64,000 nucleotides of DNA from assembly GCA_029263455.1 (NCBI GenBank), contig JAJCXM010000020.1, positions 186,753-250,752 on the forward strand, read 5' to 3'. The notes beneath the pieces were generated by a model. That model saw nothing but the letters and a program-made list of their open reading frames with translations, made no database searches and was not told the DNA's origin. This stretch comes from Holophagae bacterium (GTDB lineage: Bacteria > Acidobacteriota > Holophagae > Acanthopleuribacterales > Acanthopleuribacteraceae). Position 1 is the first letter of the stretch. The number at the start of each line of letters is the position of its first letter. Positions 53,643 to 63,317 of the stretch are shown in pieces. The translations under genes and the position numbers were made by a program.

Positions 53643-55751
53643 TTATTGTGGCGCGGCAGTCGGCAATGGTTGGCCAGCCGCCCATTTGACATCGGTCTTA
53701 TCGTGGTAGGCATGGCAAGTGAGGCAGCTACGACGAACCCCACCGGGCTCATGGCAGCCTTTGCAGGTGTCGATATTGACAGGCGCAAAGTTGGACAATC
53801 TTTTGTCATCGGTTGTATAAAAGCTATCCAAGAATTCGCTATCGGGATCAGTTATGTGGCAGGTAGCGCAAGCTAACGCGGATCCACCGACATGGGGACC
53901 ATGGTCAAAGTGGGTTAGTGCGTGCGTTGTCTTTTTTGTTTTGGGCTGCCAGGTGATTTGTGATCCATTTTCTGACTCTCGCACCCCGTGACATTTGATG
54001 CAGGCGCCTGGACTCTTCTCGGAGAATAGCTTCTTTAGACTTTTCGGATCCCGATCGTGAGCTAATAGTTCGAGCCAAGATTTGATAAACAAATCACGAT
54101 GCACTGCTGGGCGGTAATAAAGGCCTTCATTACGTTGATACCATCCGCCTTCGGCCACCCAATCGCTGGACTGTGCCGGCGCAGGACTTTGGTTGGTTTC
54201 AGTGACGTTCGATAAGTCCGGGTCAAGTAAATCGCCACCAAGGATGTCGTCGCTAAGATCAGAATCTCCAAGGAGGTCGTCACTGAGAAGATCACCTAGA
54301 TCGTCGCCGCCCAAGATACTATCGTTTTCTAAGGGTTTTGCGATGTCGCTCTTTGCTGTTTTGTTTGCCGGTACTGGCGCCGCGGCTGGAAGTTGTTTAC
54401 CTTGTTTCCATAGCTCCATCTCCGACTCTAAACGTGGAAACCAATCCGCTGCCGCTTCTTTGAAACTGGCCTCAGGTAAACCGCCAAAGAAGGTGGGATC
54501 AAGCGTATTTGGTCCATTCCTAAACGCAAGATGACCCTGTTGTTGTATATCAAATGTTGTTTTCTTTATTTTCAAAGCTACACGTTGAATAGCCTTGAGT
54601 TCTTCATCATCAGCGTCCAATAAATCTAACAGGTCTATGCTGACCCATACTTTCAAATCTTCCTCTGAAACGTCAACCATGCTTCGTTGAAAAGGACTCA
54701 TGGTTAAGTCGCTGTAGGGTGGCCAGTCGCCAACGTTAAAACCTTTCTCCTCTAAAGTTTCAATATCCAGACCTGGCGCTGACCAAACCAACAATCCAGG
54801 TTCACCCGATTGTGAAAGACCCTTGATGTCTTGCGCATGGCAGGAAACACAGCTTTTATCAAAAGTAATGGTACCCATAGCACCTGAATCGATTGTTTGG
54901 TGGCAACTTAGACAGTCGAAGGGCGTGCTTTGTTCCGGGAAATGTTTGTTCTCGTGCAAAACATGATCAAAAGCCACGCTTGTAAATTCGGAGTAGGGGT
55001 AGTCGGTAAAACTAGGGTGATCGGAATTGAAATCATCGATTTTGGTTTGGTGACAAGCATCGCAGGTCGTTTCACTTACATCGCGCGGGTCATGTTGACG
55101 GCCGCGATGATCGACGTGACAAGTAGCACAGGCCAGTTTTGCGTGCTTGGTCCCGCGCCAGCGTGTCTCCGGCTCTTGAGAGAGAAATTGATCCGACAAG
55201 CTGTGTACGGCAAAGGAATGGGTACCCAGATCGTGACAACGCAAACATTTCTGACCGTCATGTATGGCATTTGAATTGAGCCCATTCAATAGTGCGGCCT
55301 GAAATCCACCGTCCATGGTGCTGTGGCAAGATTGGCAGTTGGATTCGATATCGGCATGCACGGAACTCAAGGGTCCGGGCGAAATAAACGCTAAACCAAA
55401 GCCAGCTGCCATGATAACAACGAAGGCCAATAGTGTCGTTGCGATCGCGCCCCAAACCAGACGACCGCGCTTTGCTCGCATACTTAATTCTGGTTGGCAC
55501 ACTGGGTTTGGTAAACAGCATGTTCCATCTGGATTGGGTCCTTTTTCACAGGGACCGCCCGCAGGTGATGAGCGCGCACAGAGGTAGCGGTAACCTTTCA
55601 TCTTAGGCTGACAGGCAAAGCCGCCTGGACAAACGCCCCGGTGATTGGGACCCTTGAAACAGGGTTCGCCTTCCCGTTTCCGTCCGCAAACCCACGTCCT
55701 GTCGGGACGTTCGTAAGGAAAGTCACGGTGTTTAAGCGACTGTAATTTCAC
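53643..55751 (-). CDS. Decaheme c-type cytochrome with duplicated Cys-rich N-terminal cytoplasmic module and one TM helix
   Basis: Ten CxxCH motifs (CQSCH, CLRCH, CATCH, CDACH, CLSCH, CVSCH, CIKCH, CATCH, CKGCH, CLTCH). The N-terminal roughly 95 aa holds two copies of 'C-x7-PC-x-KGPN-x3-C-x5-CQP' before the TM helix ('LVWGAIATTLLAFVVIMAAGFG'). Confidence 0.75.
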   Translation of the reverse strand: MKLQSLKHRDFPYERPDRTWVCGRKREGEPCFKGPNHRGVCPGGFACQPKMKGYRYLCARSSPAGGPCEKGPNPDGTCCLPNPVCQPELSMRAKRGRLVWGAIATTLLAFVVIMAAGFGLAFISPGPLSSVHADIESNCQSCHSTMDGGFQAALLNGLNSNAIHDGQKCLRCHDLGTHSFAVHSLSDQFLSQEPETRWRGTKHAKLACATCHVDHRGRQHDPRDVSETTCDACHQTKIDDFNSDHPSFTDYPYSEFTSVAFDHVLHENKHFPEQSTPFDCLSCHQTIDSGAMGTITFDKSCVSCHAQDIKGLSQSGEPGLLVWSAPGLDIETLEEKGFNVGDWPPYSDLTMSPFQRSMVDVSEEDLKVWVSIDLLDLLDADDEELKAIQRVALKIKKTTFDIQQQGHLAFRNGPNTLDPTFFGGLPEASFKEAAADWFPRLESEMELWKQGKQLPAAAPVPANKTAKSDIAKPLENDSILGGDDLGDLLSDDLLGDSDLSDDILGGDLLDPDLSNVTETNQSPAPAQSSDWVAEGGWYQRNEGLYYRPAVHRDLFIKSWLELLAHDRDPKSLKKLFSEKSPGACIKCHGVRESENGSQITWQPKTKKTTHALTHFDHGPHVGGSALACATCHITDPDSEFLDSFYTTDDKRLSNFAPVNIDTCKGCHEPGGVRRSCLTCHAYHDKTDVKWAAGQPLPTAAPQ

Positions 55752-56590
55752 TACAAGCCGCCAGCGTTAAATGCCAAGACAAGAGCCACATGTAGCCCGG
55801 CCAGAACAATTAACGAATAAGAAAGGGGGATATGGATGAATAACCACGTGCGTAATGCCCATAGTCCGGCGTGCTGTACGTCGAGTTTATGTTTTTCGTC
55901 GGTAAGTGTTTTTAGTTTGGCGAGAATGGTTTGTTCCGTGTCATCCAGAAAGGGTTTAACATGACGAAACTCACGATTCAGCATGAATTGAACTCGGTAG
56001 GAGCCGAGCAAGTGAGACCACCGATTGCGTGGACCCTCAAAGTAATGGGCCAACCTACGATGAAAAAACTCGGCAATAGTTGTTGAATGGGTGCCGTCGA
56101 TTGAATCTAACACCAGCTGTTGGGCGTCGCGTCTCAAATTATTGGTAAATTGAGGGATGCGTTCAAAAATCAGCGTTTCGTTATGACGCGCAAGACGTGT
56201 TGGGATCGTGACCGTTAAAAACAAGCCAAGTACGCCACTCAAAAACGTGAATGCAAAGATCAGGGCCAGTGTCACCTCAAGCCCTCCTCGCGGAACCTGC
56301 CAGCGTATGTGAAACCCAAAGACTGCTAATGCTAGGAAGGCAATCCAAATATGCCAACGCATCCATGTTTTTGCTGAACCCAAGGGAATAACACTTATCT
56401 TTTTGCGCACGTTGAAAGCAAGTAGATAGACGATGAGTGTTAATAGCAGCCAGCCTGTTAGGTTAGAAGCTGGCGCCAACGATTTCTGCATAGAAATATC
56501 CCAATACCAAACGGCAGCAACCATGATTGAAAGGGCTACGCATGCCGGGCCCCACTGTCTCCAGGATGATCTTATTAGCGCCGAAACCAT
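55751..56590 (-). CDS. Integral membrane protein of the cytochrome operon (possible b-type haem/quinol-interacting subunit)
   Basis: 279 aa. Four N-terminal TM helices carry conserved His ('MRWHIWIAFLALAVFGFHIRW'), and there is one C-terminal TM. Its ends overlap both neighbouring genes. Confidence 0.45.
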   Translation of the reverse strand: MVSALIRSSWRQWGPACVALSIMVAAVWYWDISMQKSLAPASNLTGWLLLTLIVYLLAFNVRKKISVIPLGSAKTWMRWHIWIAFLALAVFGFHIRWQVPRGGLEVTLALIFAFTFLSGVLGLFLTVTIPTRLARHNETLIFERIPQFTNNLRRDAQQLVLDSIDGTHSTTIAEFFHRRLAHYFEGPRNRWSHLLGSYRVQFMLNREFRHVKPFLDDTEQTILAKLKTLTDEKHKLDVQHAGLWALRTWLFIHIPLSYSLIVLAGLHVALVLAFNAGGL

Positions 56591-58308
56591 TGTGCCAGTT
56601 CCTTGGTATTGCGCATGTCGGTACGAATTAGAGCATCATGTGGGCAAGCGTATTGGCATGCAGGACCGGTTGTTTGATCGAGACATAAGTTACACTTTGT
56701 CGCTTGTAATCGGGGTAATTCGGTGTCCAAATCGAAATGAGTCTCGCCACTTTCGTCGCCCACTTCTACCATGCGGATATTGTCGTAAGGGCAGTTGTTG
56801 GCGCAGTTCGAGCACCCAATACAGGTTGAAGTAGAGATCTCGACTTCGCCATTTAGTGCCGTGCGATGGATGGCACCCGTTGGACATCCCAACATACATA
56901 CGGGATCCACACAGTGCATGCAAGCGTTGGCCACCATCACGTGGTCAAACGTTTTGCCGTGACGTGCGAAGCGCGGATTACCGTCATGTGCCGATGCGCA
57001 TGCGCGTACACAATCATCACATCCCGTGCAGCGATTGAGGTCAATCAGCATGGTGGCCTTGCCATTGCTAACCCGCTCGCTGGCGATGAAATTCATAAAA
57101 CCTTCGTTCATAACCGAGGCTTTTTCGACATAGTCCCATGTTGATGATGTTGACTGACGCTCTGGCAGCTCGTCGGGCATGTCTTCGGCGCCTAATTGCG
57201 GCAACACCATTTGTTCAATCATTTGGGCTGGCACACGCAAGACGTTGACGTAACCCAGCGCTCTTAACGTATGCTGCAGCGCCACGTTTTTTTTTGATTT
57301 CCAACTCTTAACCAATTCTTCGAGTCCAAAAACATCACCAGTACCAAGATAAGACAAAGTACGATGACCGTGATTAATTTGCACACTCTTACGTGCGAAC
57401 CCAGCCCGAATAAGCAACAAGTCGTTGAGGTAATCGCCCTCCTGCGCGATTAACGGTTCGCGGGCAATGCGCTCAGTGTGGGATTCGCTGTCGGTGCCCT
57501 TGTATTCAGGGTACCAATCAAAGTCGCCGTAGCTCTCAAACTGCGTCGCATTGACAATTTTGTCCAGATCGACGGATTTGAGGCGACGAAACAGAGGGGA
57601 CTCTGCTAAGTGAGTTTTGAGACTGCGTTCGCGATAGATTTGATCGATATCTTCACGAAACTCCGGAGAAAAACGCCGAATATCCCGCAGTCCCTGCCAG
57701 CGTATTTCCATTACCTGGCACACATTTTCCGCAAAAATAGTGGCGGTTCGGGGCGTGCGGCTCAACGCGGCTATTTCACCGAAGAATTGGCCAGCCCGGA
57801 TGGGGATCGTTTTGTACTCATCAATGACACTGTTGACGTTGGGTAGAAAAGAGCGCAGTTCGTGCGTGTCTCGGGCAAGTCGGGTTTGAGTCTGTAGCCC
57901 CCCTGTTTGAGTTTTGACAGGATCTCGATATTCACTTTCGTCGTGGTTACGCCAAATCTGTGAGAGTGCCTGGCTCCATGACTTTCGTTTCGTTGCCTTA
58001 CGGCCCATCGCTTGTTCATCCAACTCGTGACTTAACATCACACGCACCGTGCCGCGAATAATGAAAAAAGCAGAGGTTCCGTAGTCGCCACGGCGGATGA
58101 TGATGTCGCCAGGCATATAGGTGTGCATGCGGGCGTCATCCGTGATCAGTTTTTCCAGGGGTTTTGAGGCTGGGAAACGGCTGGCGTCTATATTGGAGAA
58201 AGGTGAGATCTCCAGCACTTTTTCGACGTCCTTAAAGCGCATCTTACGCTCCAAGGAGTTTCCGAACATCGAGAATTCGAGTTTATCGTCGTGAGTGGGG
58301 ATATTCAC
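56575..58308 (-). CDS. Fusion protein: two cyclic-nucleotide-binding (cNMP) domains plus an NrfC/HybA-like four-cluster 4Fe-4S ferredoxin domain
   Basis: cNMP-like regions: 'YMPGDIIIRRGDYGTSAFFIIRGTV' ... 'GQFFGEIAALSRTPRTATIFAE', and 'LIAQEGDYLNDLLLIRAGFA...LGTGDVFGLEEL'. C-terminal Cys clusters: 'CTGCDDCVRAC', 'CMHCVDPVCMLGCP', 'CIGCSNCANNCP', 'CNLCLDQTTGPACQYACP'. Confidence 0.7.
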   Translation of the reverse strand: MNIPTHDDKLEFSMFGNSLERKMRFKDVEKVLEISPFSNIDASRFPASKPLEKLITDDARMHTYMPGDIIIRRGDYGTSAFFIIRGTVRVMLSHELDEQAMGRKATKRKSWSQALSQIWRNHDESEYRDPVKTQTGGLQTQTRLARDTHELRSFLPNVNSVIDEYKTIPIRAGQFFGEIAALSRTPRTATIFAENVCQVMEIRWQGLRDIRRFSPEFREDIDQIYRERSLKTHLAESPLFRRLKSVDLDKIVNATQFESYGDFDWYPEYKGTDSESHTERIAREPLIAQEGDYLNDLLLIRAGFARKSVQINHGHRTLSYLGTGDVFGLEELVKSWKSKKNVALQHTLRALGYVNVLRVPAQMIEQMVLPQLGAEDMPDELPERQSTSSTWDYVEKASVMNEGFMNFIASERVSNGKATMLIDLNRCTGCDDCVRACASAHDGNPRFARHGKTFDHVMVANACMHCVDPVCMLGCPTGAIHRTALNGEVEISTSTCIGCSNCANNCPYDNIRMVEVGDESGETHFDLDTELPRLQATKCNLCLDQTTGPACQYACPHDALIRTDMRNTKELAQWFRR

Positions 58309-58323
58309 ACAGGTTCCTTCTTG

Positions 58324-59313
58324 TTAAGGTGACGGCTTTCCTTTGTATGTGTCGGCTGCGGGCAGCATAGCGTCAAGTGCGGCAAAGGTACTGCCGTCAT
58401 AATTGGCGCTTAATTGACGCGCCAACTCTGCGATCTGATTTGCCGCCGCTTCCAGCTCTTCAGCGTGGTTTAGTTTCAATTCAACAGCAGTAGTTGCATC
58501 GAGCATTTGTTGGAGTTCAGGAACGGGTTGCGTCTCCAAGATCTTTTTGATCCGTAACATGGCAAGTTGTGTGCGTTTCGCCATGGCAACGGCATAGTCG
58601 GCCTTTACCGTTGCTTTGGCCGTTCCCCTTAATCCGTACTCAAGGTCTAAGGCTTGACCAACTAATAACATCATTCTTTGGCGCTCAACACTTGTGGGCC
58701 GGTTATTTTCGGGGTCGTCACTGTGCAAGAAGTTATGGCGGATTTCGCCCTGTGACCATGCCACTAATTCAAAGGCACTACCGGCGGTGTGGCCGCCCTC
58801 ATTGACGAGGCGCTCGTTTGGTACGGAATGGCATTGATAGCAATTTTGGGCAACATCGTAAAGACTTTCGGGTCGCAACATACCAAGCTGACCGGCTTTC
58901 GTAATTCGCTGAGTCCGGTGTTCGGGTGATTCTTGTTCTTTCTTTATGTCCTTGCCGCCGTAATCGTTGTGAACATTGATCCAGTCTCGAGCGGCACCGT
59001 GGCATGACTCACATGAGGTGCCCGCGATAGGCTTAACCACATCGTCCACTTTCACCGATGTAAAGTGGCAATCTAAACAATCGCTTTCTCTCTTGATGCG
59101 CTTGATACCCATTTTCTCGGCAATTTTCCTGCCCTCTTCTGAACGGGTGAGTTCGAAAAAGCTCTTATGGTGTTTCGTCTCTTTCCAGACGGCCATTTCC
59201 GATTTGTGGCATTCTCCGCATTCATCTGGGCCGACCGTCTTCTCGACGTCCATATGCTGGGCCGTGGCCCATTGGGCGAAGATACATGTGGCAATCAGAA
59301 CTGCTCGAATCAT
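58324..59313 (-). CDS. Tetraheme c-type cytochrome (periplasmic)
   Basis: Start trimmed to the ATG at 59311-59313, which follows an AGGAGGA RBS and gives the signal peptide 'MIRAVLIATCIFAQWATAQ'; the track ORF starts at 59391. Four CxxCH motifs (CGECH, CLDCH, CESCH, CYQCH). Confidence 0.7.
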   Translation of the reverse strand: MIRAVLIATCIFAQWATAQHMDVEKTVGPDECGECHKSEMAVWKETKHHKSFFELTRSEEGRKIAEKMGIKRIKRESDCLDCHFTSVKVDDVVKPIAGTSCESCHGAARDWINVHNDYGGKDIKKEQESPEHRTQRITKAGQLGMLRPESLYDVAQNCYQCHSVPNERLVNEGGHTAGSAFELVAWSQGEIRHNFLHSDDPENNRPTSVERQRMMLLVGQALDLEYGLRGTAKATVKADYAVAMAKRTQLAMLRIKKILETQPVPELQQMLDATTAVELKLNHAEELEAAANQIAELARQLSANYDGSTFAALDAMLPAADTYKGKPSP

Positions 59314-59348
59314 GGTAAGAGTCCTCCTATAGGAATTCAGGAACAGAT

Positions 59349-60698
59349 TTAGGCATCCAAAACGATATCCGACTGGGGGATGGCAATGCAAGTGAGGCAG
59401 GTTCCGTCTTCTAGGATTGCATCGGGTTGAGACAGATACTTAACTTGTCCGCTTCGAATAGCGACGCAGCAGGCACCGCAACTACCCGCGCGACAACCGG
59501 AATCGATGGGTACGCCCTGTGACTCAGCAAACTCAAGCAGAGAGCCGGCTTTGAGGCTCCATTCGGCTTTGGTTTCGGATTTTGAGAACGTGACTTGGGC
59601 CTTTATGTCGTCGCTTGCGGTGGTCGCAGACTTGGCGCTTGCGCTGGCAAAGGCTTCTTGTTTAATGTCGGCCTCAGGCACACCCCATGCTTTTAGAGCG
59701 CTTGTCATATCTTTCATGAGCGAATCAGGTCCACAAATCATGAACTGATAGTTGTTTGAGGGTAAAAGCCTTTTGAGTAACTCGATGGTGATACGCCCGT
59801 TGTGTTGGTTCTTAGCTTCCAAGGCAGGGTTTAAACCCAAGCGACTGTAACAAATGTGGAGGTGGATGTTATCGTGATGCTCGGCGACCTCGGCCAGGGA
59901 TTCGCTAAATATCTGACCGTCAAAATCGCACACACCGTAAAAAAACCACATTTCCCGTTGATGTGCTCGCCCGCCAAGACTCGCTGCGCGCAACATGCTG
60001 TATAGAGGAGTGACCCCAATACCGCCAGCTATGAAGACAACAGGTCTTGCTTCGTCGGGATCCAGTGTGAAATGACCGGATGGGGCCATCAGATCCAAAA
60101 TGTCGCCTTCGTCGATGTTGTTGTGGATGTAATTGGAAATTAAACCGTCGGGCTGATCGTCGTAACCGAAAAGGCGCTTTATCGTTACTCTATAGCTGGG
60201 CTGCACGTAGACACTACTGCCCTTCAGATCGGCTGGAGGCAGGTGAGGGGCGTCGGAAATCGAGTAACAGCGTCGAATAGGTTTATTCATTCCAGGTATC
60301 TGAAATTTGAACGTAAGGTATTGGCCAGCCAAGAATCTGGGCAGCGGCTTGCGATCATGTGGCCTTAGTTCCAATGAAATGACACTGTGTGACTCGGCGA
60401 CACGTTTTTCGACGCGAAATTTACGAAACCCTGACCATGCTTGAGGAGAGACCTGCGCGCGTTTTAAGTTAATCTCCGCCATTTCAAGTTGCTTATGCCA
60501 GATGGCACGCTCCTGGGCGAGTTTTTCCTTGAAAGCACGCATACGTAACCAGCGCTCACGTAAGCTAATGGCGAGTTGGGCCAATGCCAATAACAGCAGA
60601 GACAAAACAACGAGCTTTACCGTAACGGGATTGAAAATCCAATCGCTCATGGAGCACCAGATGAAGGCTGTCTGAATGAGGCACGAAGTCTCGTGCAC
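59349..60698 (-). CDS. Membrane-anchored FNR-family FAD/NAD(P)-binding oxidoreductase with C-terminal plant-type 2Fe-2S ferredoxin domain
   Basis: N-terminal TM ('VKLVVLSLLLLALAQLAISL'). FAD-binding 'RCYSISD' is the RxYS motif. NAD-binding 'VFIAGGIGVTPLYSML'. C-terminal 'CRAGSCGACCVAIRSG...CLTCIAIP' is a 2Fe-2S ferredoxin motif. Confidence 0.7.
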   Translation of the reverse strand: MHETSCLIQTAFIWCSMSDWIFNPVTVKLVVLSLLLLALAQLAISLRERWLRMRAFKEKLAQERAIWHKQLEMAEINLKRAQVSPQAWSGFRKFRVEKRVAESHSVISLELRPHDRKPLPRFLAGQYLTFKFQIPGMNKPIRRCYSISDAPHLPPADLKGSSVYVQPSYRVTIKRLFGYDDQPDGLISNYIHNNIDEGDILDLMAPSGHFTLDPDEARPVVFIAGGIGVTPLYSMLRAASLGGRAHQREMWFFYGVCDFDGQIFSESLAEVAEHHDNIHLHICYSRLGLNPALEAKNQHNGRITIELLKRLLPSNNYQFMICGPDSLMKDMTSALKAWGVPEADIKQEAFASASAKSATTASDDIKAQVTFSKSETKAEWSLKAGSLLEFAESQGVPIDSGCRAGSCGACCVAIRSGQVKYLSQPDAILEDGTCLTCIAIPQSDIVLDA

Positions 60699-60918
60699 AA
60701 GTATACCAACGACTGGATCACTAGCAGTGGGCCTAAATTTCTTATGACTGGACTCATGATTGCCTCATCGCGAATGCTTAAACATAGCTCATCTTTTGGC
60801 GTGAGGAAAAGTTTTAACAAAAACTCACAAGTCCTTTCTAAACGTTCTGAATGCAATGGATTGCACGATAAGCCTGTGATTGAGTAACGAAGCGCCTGGG
60901 CGCAATGAATAAGACAGC

Positions 60919-61563
60919 TCAATCTTCGTGAGAACGTTTCGTGCTTGCGCCCATCAAAACGTGTTCAAACCCGTCTCGCTCTCGAGCTGTTAGGCCGAAT
61001 AGCTTGCGGTCATGGGCGTCGTCTAAAAACCCTTTGTGGTCCATGATGTCGACCAGTTTCTTGACTCCAGTGATAGAACCATAACGTTCTTTGAATGCGT
61101 GTAGCGTGAACTGGCCAATGACTTGCTCTTGGCGTGCAACCTCTTCATCGGAAAGAGTCTGAACGATGCTGGACTGTTTTTGAGCGCGGCGGAAGCGCGC
61201 TAATCGCTCCATCGCATAACGCATAATCTGAGGTAGCTTTCGCTTTGAAGCGCGGCTAAGGTCGTTACTTGAGATTCGTAGGGCGTTCTCTACCAGATCT
61301 TCCCAATCTTCAGGCTGTATTTGTGGATCGCTGCCCAACCAGAATAAAGCCGTCAGTTCTGCTTTCTCTTGCTCGGAAAGCTCGCTGAGATAACCCTCAA
61401 ATGCTTTGACATTAGGGTCATCCATCAACTCGATTAAATTCTCTACATTTGGCAGCGTGATGTCTTGGTCCACGCCAAAGTCTAGGTGTTCGCAAGCTCT
61501 GGCTAACAAAATAAATGCCTGAACGGTTTGCTTCTTTAATTTCATGGGCGAAGTTGTTTCCAA
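60919..61563 (-). CDS. Hypothetical cytoplasmic protein
   Basis: 214-aa ATG ORF, acidic and helical. No recognisable catalytic motif. Confidence 0.4.
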   Translation of the reverse strand: METTSPMKLKKQTVQAFILLARACEHLDFGVDQDITLPNVENLIELMDDPNVKAFEGYLSELSEQEKAELTALFWLGSDPQIQPEDWEDLVENALRISSNDLSRASKRKLPQIMRYAMERLARFRRAQKQSSIVQTLSDEEVARQEQVIGQFTLHAFKERYGSITGVKKLVDIMDHKGFLDDAHDRKLFGLTARERDGFEHVLMGASTKRSHED

Positions 61564-61663
61564 GTATCAAGTTATTAAATTTTAGCAGAAAATGTTTGAT
61601 TCGGAATGGTTGGCAAAACTTAGTCCCTATTCGGCAATGATTGTAACGTTAGAGCCAATGTTC

Positions 61664-62041
61664 CTAATCGCTGCCCGGTTCAGAGGAGAAAGGCACGAAT
61701 CCTTCAGGCGCACCTGTGGGCTGGAACTTGATCATACCGTTATTTTTCAGGTCCTGAACCATGCGCTGTGCGGTTTCCAGTAAACTCAACGCTCCTTGCG
61801 GCGAGAGAGAAAAGCGATTGGTGACGTAAAGTGAAGTCTCTGCGGCGTCACCTTTTTGGGCGGCTTGTATGGCGGCGCTAAGTTCTACCAAATCAAAATG
61901 GCCTACCTCCAACATAATGTCCGGCCCTACACGGGCATAGGTAAACTTATGGGCAAGCGTTGGCGCGGCCTCCTTGTTTTGCACCACCCTCGTTGTCTTG
62001 ATCGAAAGTGGTTTCGGCTGATTCATGAATAGGCCTCCCAA
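61664..62041 (-). CDS. Hypothetical small protein
   Basis: 125-aa ORF. The real start is possibly the internal 'MNQPKPL'. No recognisable motif. Confidence 0.35.
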   Translation of the reverse strand: MGGLFMNQPKPLSIKTTRVVQNKEAAPTLAHKFTYARVGPDIMLEVGHFDLVELSAAIQAAQKGDAAETSLYVTNRFSLSPQGALSLLETAQRMVQDLKNNGMIKFQPTGAPEGFVPFSSEPGSD

Positions 62042-62202
62042 GCGCTGTCTGTGTTCTATTCTAGCGGACCGATGGCTTTAGGTCGTTGTTCAATTAATCA
62101 TTGTTCTAATGTGTCAAGGCAATTTGGCCTGTCACTATGATCAATAAGCACAAATTCAACTTCAAGAGCTAGAATAGGATTAATAACAAACGAGGAGACC
62201 CC

Positions 62203-62829
62203 ATGCCCGTTCACGTGGTCGATCACCCGCTCGTTCAGCACAAACTCGGATTGATGCGTCAGGCCAATATTTCCACCAAAGATTTTCGCGACCTGTGTCT
62301 GGAAATGGGTCGACTGCTTACTTATGAAGCAACCAAAGATTTTGAGCTTGAGAAGATCCACACTCAAGGTTGGGCTGGCGAAGTTGAAGTAGAACAAATT
62401 AAAGGTAAGAAAGTTACGGTGGTGCCCATCTTGAGGGCTGGGCTCGGTATGATGCCCGGTGTGCTTGATCTTTTACCTAGTGCTCGCGTGAGCGTCGTTG
62501 GGCTTTACCGCGACGAAGTCACTTTAGAACCATTCTACTACTATAAAAAGATGGCGAACGATCTTGATGAGCGTACCGCGATCGTTCTGGATCCCATGCT
62601 GGCAACTGGCGGTAGTCTCATCGCGGCCATAGACATGCTTAAAGATTCGGGCGCTCTGGAAATACGCTGTCTCCATTTGGTCGCAGCACCTGAAGGCGTG
62701 GCTCGCGTGCTGGAACAACATCCAGACGTTCATATCTTTGTGGCTGCCATCGATACTTGTCTCGACGAACGCGGATACATCCTGCCGGGATTAGGAGACG
62801 CCGGCGATAAAATATTTGGGACAAAATGA
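62203..62829 (+). CDS. upp: Uracil phosphoribosyltransferase
   Basis: 'HPLVQHKL', 'ILRAGLGM', '[13 protein letters not shown]' (PRPP-binding), '[17 protein letters not shown]'. 208 aa. Near-full-length identity of motifs to Upp. Confidence 0.9.
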   Translation: MPVHVVDHPLVQHKLGLMRQANISTKDFRDLCLEMGRLLTYEATKDFELEKIHTQGWAGEVEVEQIKGKKVTVVPILRAGLGMMPGVLDLLPSARVSVVGLYRDEVTLEPFYYYKKMANDLDERTAIVLDPMLATGGSLIAAIDMLKDSGALEIRCLHLVAAPEGVARVLEQHPDVHIFVAAIDTCLDERGYILPGLGDAGDKIFGTK

Positions 62830-62830
62830 A

Positions 62831-63313
62831 ATGACGATTTATGAATTCAGCGTCAAAGACGCCAACAACCAAGACGTAACCCTCTCCGAATACCAAGGTA
62901 AATGGGTACTCATCGCTAATACCGCCAGCCAGTGCGGGTTCACACCCCAATACCAAGGAATGCAGGAATTGGCAGACCAATATCCAGATCAACTAGCCGT
63001 ACTTGCCTTTCCTTGTAATCAGTTTGGTGGACAGGAGCCTGGCGACGACAACGCAATCCAACAGTTCTGCCAAGTTAATTACGGCGTGTCATTTCCGGTG
63101 CTGGCGAAAGTTGATGTTAATGGCGACGAAGCTGAACCCTTGTTTCAGTACCTCAAGTCCGCGTTGCCAGGATTGTTAGGTACCGAAACGATTAAGTGGA
63201 ATTTCACCAAATTCTTGGTAGCACCAGATGGCGAGCCGTTACGGCGCTTTGCGCCCAGCGACAAACCAAGAACTATTGGCCGATTCTTAGCCGATCGCAT
63301 CAAAGAGGCTTAG
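62831..63313 (+). CDS. gpx: Glutathione peroxidase
   Basis: Start set at the ATG at 62831, immediately after the upp stop; the track ORF begins 15 nt earlier and overlaps upp. 'IYEFSVKD', 'WVLIANTASQCGFTPQY', 'LAFPCNQFGGQEPG' and 'KWNFTKFLV' are canonical GPx motifs. Confidence 0.9.
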   Translation: MTIYEFSVKDANNQDVTLSEYQGKWVLIANTASQCGFTPQYQGMQELADQYPDQLAVLAFPCNQFGGQEPGDDNAIQQFCQVNYGVSFPVLAKVDVNGDEAEPLFQYLKSALPGLLGTETIKWNFTKFLVAPDGEPLRRFAPSDKPRTIGRFLADRIKEA

Positions 63314-63317
63314 TGCT

